This document shows positions 25,001 to 36,357 of a stretch of DNA of 64,000 nt, piece by piece. The DNA is from Balanoglossus misakiensis. Taxonomy: Eukaryota > Animalia > Hemichordata. Location of the stretch: NCBI GenBank assembly GCA_040954595.2, contig CM082579.2:10963625-11027624 (forward strand). The letters are read 5' to 3'. A program made the translations under genes and the position numbers. The stretch's first letter is position 1. Each line of letters opens with the position of its first letter. Below the pieces are notes generated by a model that saw only the letters and a list, made by a program, of their open reading frames with translations, did no database searches and was not told where the DNA came from.

Positions 25001-28000
25001 GTATTTAATTTCTCTTAATTGAAACGTGAGATTTTCAACTCTGGCAGAATCACTGGCCTCTCCTCCAAGTTCAGCGTGGTTCTTACCTGAGCTCCATGGC
25101 GTATGTGTACCCAGTGAAAGGTGGTAAAACGGCAGGCATGGCCTCTTCCCCATTATCGCCTACAGTGTATTCCGTCACCCTAATGTGCGGTTGCACGACA
25201 GTCTGAGAGGAAAATGGTGGATGAGTCTTATGGGATTAAAAAATTATATGAAACTATGGATTTATGTCCCAAAACATAACCTGTCTTGCGATTCATTGTT
25301 TAAAACAAGTTATAAGAAACAAACTACAAAAATATGACGCGCTGCTATGTTTTGTGAATACATACCTCATTATCTGTCCCATTGTTGGAGACGATGGTCG
25401 CTTCAGTCCCCGGATGGAACATAATGACTCCCTTCCTCTTGCCTGCAGCGTCTTCAACTACACTTCCTTCAGCAACTTGGATATCCTCAGATTCCAAGTC
25501 AATGACTGTGACCTAAAAATACCACGAGTTTCTCATTTAGCCTCCTTCTTGCGAACACGATTGAAATATAAATTCGAATGAACTACTATTGCATTACATG
25601 TAGTCGGCAAACGCAGACACATTTGTTTGTTGCATTCAATTTGAATACACTGCACTGTAAAATTACACCTTTTGCAGATAAACGGTGACTAAACCAAGAA
25701 CATAACCATTTTGTAATCTCAACAAGGCTTGTCAAAATTACATCTCCACTTTTATTGAAAACGGGTTCAAAATACACCACAACAAAAAAGCAGCCATAGT
25801 ATAGTAAAGACACTAAGTTTTTTTCTGGTTTACCTTTTGATCCACCGCAAGGAGAACAACGCCATCGACGGCAACATACTGTTCGGTGGCAATTTGGACA
25901 CTTCTCTGCGCTCCAATAAAATTCCTCCGATTGAAGTTTAGTGTGAGAACACCACCGCCGTTGACGGCTATTTCATACCTACATCAAAATGATAAATATG
26001 TAATGATATTCAGAACACTCCGTCTCTCAAAGCAATAAAAGTACATGTACAACAAACACTATACATGTATTAAACGTTCCACACACCGGAAATGGCGGAA
26101 ACGATATAGTAACCTTCGAACTCACCCGCCATCTTGTCTGGTTAGAGTGTACCCATATTGTGGATAACCATGGACAGACACAGTCACACCCTGCAAAGGG
26201 CTACTGTCTCGACTAGTCACGTACCCTCGCAGTACGCTGATAAGCCTAAGAGAATGGGGCGTAAAATCAATCGATTAATCTTGCAGATTATGTCAATAAT
26301 CTGTTTAATAACTAGAAAAATAGTCCCTTCAGGACACCATGTGTAGTGTAGCAAACCACATAGTGTAAGAACCTGTATGATTGTTCCAGCTCCACATGTG
26401 GTATGCAATGAAACTGAAAACAACTGAAATGATGACAATTTGCCTATTCAGAATTATTGAATTACTAGTTACATAATTACTTCTCTCGGAACTATATGTA
26501 CAGATGCAATGCATTACCAAACAAAAACCAAGGCCATTTTATTCTTAATACTAAAGATCTTCATTTTAGCTTATTATACGATGCTAAAACTATAGCCAAA
26601 GGGGTGAACGTCTTGTAAACACCGAATACGTTTTGGTCCTTAATTTCTCACTCCTAAATTCTGCACTTATAAGTCTTACTCTGCTTGGAAGTAGTCCACA
26701 TCTGCATCCAGTTGAATTCCACTGTCGAGGAACAGGAAGGAGACTTGGTCGTAGAAGTCCTGCGTGGCGCTGATATTCGTCCTGACAAAATCCTCGGGTG
26801 ACGGCGAGTATGTACAGGAGACGTCGTTCATGCACTCGGTGGAATTGCAACAGTCGGGGTCGTCGCAATCTATCAGGGTGTCTGGAACAGTGAGAATGAG
26901 CGATTTGAAGTTACAACACAACATTATGCTCTAGAGTATCACAACAGCTGAAAATTGTCAGATGACTCAGGGACTTCAACTAACACCCAGTATAAATTGC
27001 CATGCAAGGCTTACTGTACTGTAAGATATTTAAGAAGTTTAATACTTCAGTATTTCTTCTTAAAATATGGTATAGAAAGGCTGATTGCCACTGTTATACT
27101 CATATTAAAAGGTTTATATTTAAACTATGAGGCACGACGTATACGTCGTTTCTAGAACACTAACACATAACTAACTGTATTGTGACAAGTAGTATAGTAC
27201 ACACCTCTATCATTGTCGATACCATCACTGCAGGCTGACTCAACCCCTGGAAGTAAAATCAAGTTTTAAACACCGTCAGCGAGACGCCTAGACAAAATTA
27301 GCCTTCAATCCCACAAAAGGAAGACACGTGAATGGTACACCGATTGTTGACGTGTTCGTACAAAAGTCAATTGGATGATGTCTTGATCTGTGGTCTTACT
27401 ACAGAATTCAAAATAGCTGCAACAACCGCCAAACTAGCAACACCGTATTTCTTTGATGCCAGCGACACGTTATCCCTAAAAGTGTAACAATGTCACAATT
27501 TATTGCACTGAATATCAAATAATCTCATTATACTCTTAGGCCTTTAATCTGAAGTGGTTCATTGTATTGATCTGAAGAAATGAGACCTGCACCACGCCTG
27601 GTCAGACACTTACCAATTGAACACTCCACTCCCTGGAAGTGTTGGTCACAGACACATTGCCATACTCCAGATATCAGTGTGCAGGCTCCGTTTCCATGAC
27701 AATTGTTAGGACATGCATCTGGGAAAACGAGGGTTGTGTTACTCTACAAAGTCACACTTTCATCGATGGGGCATCGATTTGCGAGGCAACGACTACAATC
27801 TTCTGTCGGCCTCACCATTATACAGAATTTAACGGTTCATAATTGAATAGACGATTTAATTTAAATATTTACCTCGATACACACGATACCGGTTTTCAGT
27901 AAATAAGCCCAAAAGTCTGTGTGTGGGAGGGGGGTGAAACTGATCAGCTGTTACAAAATGAACTTACCTATTTCACAGGTATCTCCCGTCCAACCACTGT

Positions 28001-31000
28001 CACAAACGCACGTACCATTGTGACATGTACCGTTATCACCGCAACCTGAAAGGCACTGGCCTATACAGAAATCAGAAATACTTATTTGTATACACTGTTT
28101 AACGTAAGATGCAACTATAGAGATATAGTCCAGGAGATAGGTGCCGTTAATCAGAATTTTTGGTAAGGAAGGTTTGAGAAGTCCATTCTATGTAAAAAAT
28201 GGTGCTGATTCCAAAAAAGTCAGTCTTATTGACCCCACTCAAGACAAAATTGCCATTTTGGCCCTTTTTAACCCAAAAATGGTCTTTTTTAGAAAACACT
28301 AAAAACACACTGTTTTCGTCACATTCTGAGATCTGATGACATACGATATGCTTATTCTATGTAAAATTTGGTGAATATTACGAAAAAAGTAGTCCGATTG
28401 ACCAAAAACAACACAAAATTGCCTTTTTGACCATTTTTTGCCCAAAAAACGTCATTTTTAGAAAAAATTTAAAACACACGGTTTTCTTCATAATGATTGA
28501 TCTGGTGATATATGGAAAGTCAATTCTATGTTAAAAGTGGTGACTTTATAAAATAAAGCAGTCTTTTTGACCCCAATCAATACAAAAATGCCATTTTTGG
28601 CCACTTTTTGAGGTCAAAATAGGTCATTTTTACAAAAAAAACTAAAAACAAATTGTGTTCTTCATATTCAGAGATCATTGGATATATGAAATGTCCATTC
28701 TATGTAAAAAATGGTGCTGATTCCAGAAAAAGCAGTCTTATTGATCCTACTCAAGAAGAAAATGCCATTTTTGCCACTTTTTGCCCAAAAACGTCATTTT
28801 TAGAAAACACTCAAAATTTATATATTTTCTTCATTTTCGGAGATCTGATAATGTATTATATGCCCACCCTATGTAAAATTTGGTGATTATTCCAAAAAAG
28901 CACATTTATTGACCCAACCTAATACAAAAATGCCCTTTTGAAAAGTTTTTGCCCAAAAAGGCCATTTTTAGAAAAATAATTAAAAATAAACTTTTCTTCA
29001 TAAAGGTCAGAGATCATGTGATATATGAAATGTTCATCCTATGTAAAAAATGGTGCTGATTCCAGAAATAACAGTCTTATTGATCCTACTAAAGAAAAAA
29101 TGCCATTTTTGCCACTTTTTGCCCCAAAAACGTCATTATCTGAAAACACTCAAAATTTATATATTTTCTTCACTTTCGGAGATCTTATAATGTATTATAT
29201 GCCCACTATATGTGAAAAATTTCCAAAAAAGCAGTTTTATTGATGCCACTCAAGATAAAAGTGCCTTTTTGGCAAGTTTCTGCCCCAAAAGTGTCATTTC
29301 TAGAAACCACCCAAAACGTTTATATTTTCTTCACTTTCGGAGATGATGATGTATTATATACCCACTCTATGTGAAAAAATTCCAAAAAAAAGTTTTACTG
29401 GCGCCACTCAAGAAAACAGTGCTTTTTTGACAAGTTTTTGCCCAAAAAGCCACTTTTCGAAAATCATTAAAAACAAACTGTTTTCTTATTATTCGGAGAT
29501 TCTATGATGTGTGAAAAGTACATTTGTTGTAAAATAGGTGTTGTTTCCAGAAATGCAGTCTTAATGACCTCAAAGATGATGAAATCGCCTTTTTGGCTAA
29601 GTTTTGCACAAAATTGTTATTTTTAGGAATATATTAATAGCATTCTCTTTTCTTCACTTTCGGTGATCTTATTATAAATAAAAGCCCATTCTATATTGAA
29701 ACGTGGTTACTGTTCCAAAAACGGAAGTCTTACTTACCCTATTCAATTGAAATTTGTAATTTCGGCCACTTTTTTGGTCAAAAATGTTCATTAAAAACAA
29801 ACAAACTAAAGACAAATTGTTTTCTTCATATTCAGAGATCTGATCATGTATGAAAAGTCCATTCTGTGTAAAATTTGGTGACTATTCCAAAAACGGCAGT
29901 CTGGTTGGCCCCACTCTAGTCAAAATTGCCTTTTTGGCTATTTGTAGCCAAAAATAGATCTACTCAAGAAAAATTTATCCTTTTTGCCATTTTGTACCAA
30001 AAACATGTTTGTATTTGGAGTTTTTGCAAAATTAGCCCAAGTTGAACTCATAATGATGATGAAACAGCGTCGACAGGAAAAGAAGTTACGAATTGAACAA
30101 AACTCGCGTCGATGAATGTAAACACGCTGCCCGGGACCAAGCTCTAAACATGATACAGATGACAAAAGACAGGCATTGCATATTGCCCAAATATTCCCAT
30201 ACAGCAGTTCCAAATTAAAATGTCAAGGAATTTAAGTGTTTTCATTATGTTTATTTGGTTTAAGCCCACATTTTCCCTGCTGCGTGCTAGTTCAGGGGCC
30301 AGTTTTAGCAGTGCTCTATTGAGTATTCTAGCATCGTCGGTTGCACTCCTGTCCAATCAGTATGACGGAGGTATCATGATATAAATTATAATATAATTTC
30401 TGATTTTGTATTCAGATTGAAGAGAATAAATTTCAACAATCTCTCCCGAGCTGGCATATCTGAACCTAAATATTTCACACCACGCATAATCGACTTATAG
30501 TAGACAGTGCGTGTACATGGTTCATCTTATTGTTGAGTTCAGTTTTGGGCTAAATATGCCAAATTGTGGCAACCCTGTCTTTCAATATCATCAATTTAAT
30601 TGATATTATATGGTTATGGCGTTTTAAATATGCATATACAACATCAGAACACAAATGGCAAAAACATCAATTATATTTGTTTTCTGAAAATGCCTATTGT
30701 TGACCAAAAGATGGCAAAATGACAATTTTGTACTGAGCGGGGTGTCTCAATAAGACCGTTGTGCTGGTATCAGCATATTTTTTGCACACACACAAAAAAA
30801 ACAAAAAACAAAAACAAACAACGAATGTACATACATCACAAGGGCTCTGAATATGAAGGAATAAGTTTGTATTTATTTGTTCTAACAGTTACCTTTTTGA
30901 GCAAAGAGGCAAAAATGGTATTTTTCCCTCTGTACAATGTACTTTTCACACATCATAGAATCTCCAAATAATAAGAAAACAGTTTGTTTTTAATGATTTT

Positions 31001-34000
31001 CGAAAAGTGGCTTTTTGGGCAAAAACTTGTCAAAAAAGCACTGTTTTCTTGAGTGGCGCCAGTAAAACTTTTTTTTGGAATTTTTTCACATAGAGTGGGT
31101 ATATAATACATCATCATCTCCGAAAGTGAAGAAAATATAAAAGTTTTGGGTGGTTTCTAAAAATGACACTTTTGGGGCAGAAACTTGCCAAAAAGGCACT
31201 TTTATCTTGAGTGGCATCAATAAAACTGCTTTTTTGGAAAGTTTTCACATATAGTGGGCATATAATACATTATCAGATCTCCGAAAGTGAAGAAAATATA
31301 TAAATTTTGAGTGTTTTCAGAAAATGACGTTTTTGGGGCAAAAAGTGGCAAAAATGGCATTTTTTCTTTAGTAGGATCAATAAGATTGCTATTTCTGGAA
31401 TCAGCACCATTTTTTACATAGGATGAACATTTCATATATCACATGATCTCTGAGCTTTATGAAGAAAAGTTTGTTTTTAATTTTTTTTCTAAAAATGACC
31501 TTTTTTGACCTCAAAAAGTGGCCAAAAATGGCATTTTTGTATTGATTGAGGTCAAAAAGACTGCTTTATTTTTTAAAGTCACCACTTTTAACATAGAATT
31601 GACTTTCCATATATCACCAGATCAATCATTATGAAGAAAACCGTGTGTTTTAATTTTTTTCTAAAAATGACGTTTTTGGGCAAAAAATGGTCAAAAAGGC
31701 AATTTTGTGTTGTTTTGGGTCAATCGGACTACTTTTTTCGTAATATTCACCAAATTTTACATAGAATAAGCATATCGTATGTCATCAGATCTCAGAATGT
31801 GACGAAAACAGTGTGTTTTTAGTGTTTTCTAAAAAAGACCATTTTTGGGTTAAAAAGGGTCAAAATGGCAATTTTGTCTTGAGTGGGGTCAATAAGACCT
31901 ACTTTTTTGGAATCAGCACCATTTTTTACATAGAATGGACTTCTCAAACCTTCCTTACCAAAAATTCTGATTAACGGCACCTATCTCCTAGGGTAATAGG
32001 ACTACGTACCCCCATGCTGCAATCCATTTAAAATATCAATGTGCTCGTTCGTTTCAGGACCTTGTCGATTTTCAATGATTAATTCAGAGAGAAAAAAATC
32101 ATGTCCAAATACATTATCATGCATGAAAACCAGCAACTGTTAAAACAGCTTTACTAATGGCGTGAAACTTACGATCTCTGCAAAGTGGGCCTGTCCATCC
32201 CTGGTAGCAGTCACATGTACCGTTGCGACAGATACCCAGTCCAGAACACGATTCTTCGCAAGAAACTAGAGAAAGTACATAAGTGATAAACAAAATTTTT
32301 ACACAAGATAGACTCCAAGGCCACATAGTCCATTAAAATATTAATTATTGGTGTGTTCCACTTCGCGTAAAAGCTATGTCTTGGTCAGATATTTTAGATG
32401 GCTCATTTCTATAGACTAACATATCGCCGTATTAAAATCACTGACTTCTTATTTTACTTTCCCGATAACATATTTAGTTCACGTTGTCTATGATGAGATA
32501 AGGAGCTTCGTATACTAAAAATAGACTGGATCAAACTGAAAGTTTTCTTACGTTCAGAGCAGTCTGGTTCCTGCCAATTCCCATAGCAAGTGCACAGACC
32601 AGTGATGTTGTTACAGTTTCCATGACCGTTGCAGTCACTTGGACATGGCCTGTAGGCTATCAAATGATGTCAATTGACATTTCGTTAGTCTTGTTAGTCA
32701 TGGATTGTGTTAAAGGGACAATTTCCCTATAATTTTTGACGTTATTTTTTAAAATTCTTATCATATTATGTTTATGTTGATCCACACACCGAAACATGCT
32801 CATTCATCAGCTGCCCTGGCCCAATTCACAACGTAGAAGAAGATACTAGTATTACACATGGATGATTCCACCATTTCATTTTGGTCAGTACAATACTTTA
32901 TATATTGGCCAATAATAACAAACTGTTGCAACAGCTATTTTTCTCGCTCCTGCTGATAAGATCTAACCAAGCCCAGACATTTTTACACTCTACTTACGTG
33001 TTGTACACACTTGTCCCTGCCACCCTTGATAACATCGACATTGACCGTCGACGCAGTTCCCGTTGTTGTTACAATCACTTGGGACACAGTCGACTGAAAG
33101 TAAGAAAACACAACAATATATAAAACCCAATGGAAAACAGAATCGTGAATCACGTTAAAATGATTTCAAGAGTATAGTAACTATTCGGAGCAATTTTATT
33201 CACACACAAATCATATTGGATTCAGGGATCCTAAACAGTACTTGTAGCATCCCTGAAATCGTGTTAGATTTTGTGTCGAGTTACATTCCGCTTTTTAATG
33301 TGTCACAGCTTCTGATCGTATCCCGTGTAAGAGTCCACTCCACAAAATATCACAAAACTCAATTAATAGTTTAAATGTACCTCTATCACAAGTTGTTCCC
33401 ATCCAGCCTTGATGGCACTGACAGACAGCATCCACACAGTTACCGTTACCATGGCAGTCACGAGGAATGCAATCAGCTGTAACATAAATAATGCGTCATG
33501 TTCTAGGCCTATCACTTTCGTCGACAATATCTCAGAAACCACAATGTCCTGACTTAAATAGACATTTAACATATCTAGTACGCTTTTTGAGACTTTAAAG
33601 TCTTCAATACTTACGTAGCAGACACTTGTCTCCTGTCCATCCATCATAGCAATTACACACATCGTCTCTAAAATAACCATGGCCACTGCAGTCTTCAGGC
33701 GAGCACGGGACAGGTGACACTAGAAAATTCAAGAAATATGTGATTGTTAACATGAATACTTCATTTAGAATGTGAAAATTGATAGTTTCTTCGACGTTTT
33801 TCTTATGTAAATGCTTTATTCCGTTTAATAATGGCACTGGAATTTCGGTCTGCTTCTCTCGAGTTTCGTACAGAACAGCGCCAACACGCAGAGACTTGTG
33901 TTCATCTTGATGGGTGTCTAAATCCCCCCAGATCAGAATTCGGATAGGAACATACTGATATTCATATCTGTTAACATTGATAAAATTACAGAATTAAATG

Positions 34001-36357
34001 TCCCTCCTGCATTGAAAGACCGAAGTTACTCCCTCTCTCATAACAACATTGTTAGAGAAAACTTGAACCACCACCTTCAAGTTAAGGCTGTATGATGTTT
34101 GTGGTAAAGGGGCTTAGGGAACTATTCTTGTTTACCTTGTGCGCAGTCCACTCCACTCCATCCTTCTGCGCACTGACACACACCATCCTCGCACTGGCCT
34201 CGTCCATGGCAGTCTTGGGGACAACGTAGAGGGCTCGCTGGAACATAAAGATCAACATGTGACATTTACAAACAGACCAGACCTGTTGCTGCCTTTGAAT
34301 GCTGGAAAATCATTGTCAACGGAAAATGTGAAGTCCTGTGTAACAAAATGGTACAGCTTTGCATTAAGAGCTTAATATGCATAATCTGGGGTTTCTGGAA
34401 ATGCAAGGAATATACATGGCAGCGGTGTATAATTTTTTGTACATGTATAATGATGTGTTATAACTCACGGGTTTGTGTGAATCCCATGTCAGTCCGAAGT
34501 GAATTCTTTTCTCCGTTGAATATTCCAAACACCCAATTTCCGGATGCAAGATATTCAAATGTCACTTTTATGCCAACTTCTTCGTCAGCGATTGCCCTCT
34601 TCCTCATCCTGGAGTTATGCAAATTAAATTAACTATAATTGATCAATGGGTATTATTTATTGCCTTTTTCATAAACATCAGCAATTAATGGATAGATTGG
34701 TTAATCAATAAATGACCTACACAGCTGATTAACATATGTTTCAGTCAAGATGCCAATCAATCGATCAATCAATCAATCAGTCAGTCAGTCAGTCGATCAA
34801 TCAATCAATCAATCGGCCAGGTAGTTGGGTGCATTGCCCTGATGATTGTTACTTGCCATTTCAAACTGCGGGATATATATTTAAGTCAATCTGGGGAAAA
34901 TAAATAAACACCCACTTTTCAGATACAACAGTCTTGACGACATCATACTCCACGTGCGTTGGTTTTTCGTCCAGACGGCCATAAACAGCCACCGCCACAT
35001 CGCTGCCAGGATCATCCAGTGAAAATTCTAAATCAGAGTCTTCGGCCAATTTGACTGTGAAATACTCGAACTCATCTGGTGGTACGGAGATGGGAACTGG
35101 CTCGTCTGGTGATATTTCTGTCATCATTTGAGAGAGGTTTGTACAGGTTATATTTGACCTATGATTTTGTGGTCGATGGATGACTATCATTATAAAAAAG
35201 ATGAAAATTCTCACCTGGGAGATCAGCTACTGCTGTACTTGCTGGTGCCGTATCTGTACTGTGCACACCTGGTACAGTAGGACTGATGCTGCTATGTCTA
35301 GTTGTTTGACTAGTTGAAGCACGGTCACTCACCGTGGTTGAAGGTTTGGTTGTATGTTTGGTTGTATGTGTGGTTGATACTGTGGTGATTTTATCATCTG
35401 CTGACGTAGTTGATGCTGTTTCCATGGTAGCTGGTACTTCCCTAATGGCATCTGTGGTATCTAGGTATAGTACTGAGAAGATGAAGAATATGTTCATGAG
35501 TGAATATCGTGTTCCTGCTGATTAAACTATTGTACTTTGGTGTTGATATTGTGACTGATTTGATGTTGGAGAGACTTGACAGGCTTATTAAGCATATAAG
35601 GGCATTGTACCATCATCCTTGTACCATCATCCGAAAATATTCCACTCGAGTATTTCATAGTCCGTGTCAGTGCTTGAGGGCGCTTTCCTTAAGCATAGGC
35701 CATTAAAAAATAGCTGAATGCTGATTCAATTTGAACCAAAAGCTAATACTGAAAACATTTATTTTCAGTCTGTGTCACAAACAAAAAGAAATCATCATAA
35801 ACAGGAAAAAAAATTAGGGGTTGTAAAGTGGAGATTATCTGCCACGATCTTCCCTGATAGACGGCGGACAGGGATGGGACCAGAGTACATACATAACTCA
35901 CCTATGACTACGATGAGAGAAGCGAGTAGGATTAGAAGGAAAACGCACATCACGACGATTATAATTATCAGTGCTTTTGGGTACGGGGGCGCCTTGGCCT
36001 TTGATGGTCCCGGCGTGTCCGTGGCTGTCCGTGGACGTAGTGGGAAAGAATAACTTTCTGGGTAAAGACCAGAGAAATGATGATGCATACAACTACTTTC
36101 ATACATTCATACATATTCATTTCAGATTAGAGTACACTGTACTGTTGCCATGACACTCCCTCTTATGCACAAAAGTTTAACATAATATATGTATGGGTGC
36201 CTGTGTGTGTCTCAAATACTAAGTTTATTTATTCCTAGTATGTTTACATCATTTATTGATTTATATTTAGATTGAGCTTATACACACCTTCGGGCGGGTG
36301 TTCTTCAAATTCGCCCATGGCAATGTGCTCGGGTTCTGCGATGTCGGTGTCAGCCAT
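13024..36357 (-). CDS. Atypical teneurin-like type II membrane protein (TM, mucin-like stalk, 8 EGF, Cys-rich, TTR-like, extra bacterial-type domain, FN-plug, NHL, YD shell, RHS core, novel C-terminal domain)
   Basis: Exon 1 at 36357-36288 ([11 protein letters not shown]...). [27 protein letters not shown] at ~35900-35980. Teneurin motif [19 protein letters not shown]. Eight single-EGF exons between 34240 and 27615. [18 protein letters not shown]; [20 protein letters not shown]...YTLTRQDG; [16 protein letters not shown] motifs [43 protein letters not shown] and WPTDIAVHP. Last exon 15039-13024 carries YD repeats and the RHS core. Splice phases checked at several junctions are compatible; 22736-23035 is ambiguous. 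Confidence 0.92.
23342..23610 (-). repeat. Coding 21-nt minisatellite (GGGPGEG/GGDPGxG/GSSPGGG, about 12 units)
   Basis: 7-aa periodicity within ORF 22913..23866. Confidence 0.9.
24087..24357. mobile_element. Short-TIR non-autonomous element (TAGCCT...AGGCTA, 9-bp TSD; Academ/AcademH-like by termini)
   Basis: ATTGCTAAC is duplicated at 24078-24086 and 24358-24366. The family assignment is an inference from the TAG...CTA ends and TSD length. Confidence 0.65.
28132..31989. mobile_element. Foldback-type element with kb-scale inverted arms built from ~170-bp tandem units, in the EGF6-EGF7 intron
   Basis: AGGAGATAGGTGCCGTTAATCAG at 28132 is the reverse complement of the end at 31989. 30940-31989 is a near-identical inverted copy of 28132-~29530 lacking about 340 bp. 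The motif TTCTATGTAAAA recurs about every 160-175 bp. No transposase; TSD not resolved. Confidence 0.9.
34755..34815. repeat. (TCAA/TCAG)n simple repeat
   Basis: Tetranucleotide run in an intron. Confidence 0.85.

Noticed and set aside
28653-31822. Apparent duplicated small genes ([14 protein letters not shown]...)
   Set aside because: These are chance ORFs in the foldback arms.
34137-34240. Suspected frameshift in EGF1
   Set aside because: Re-reading gives in-frame GWSGVDCAQ.
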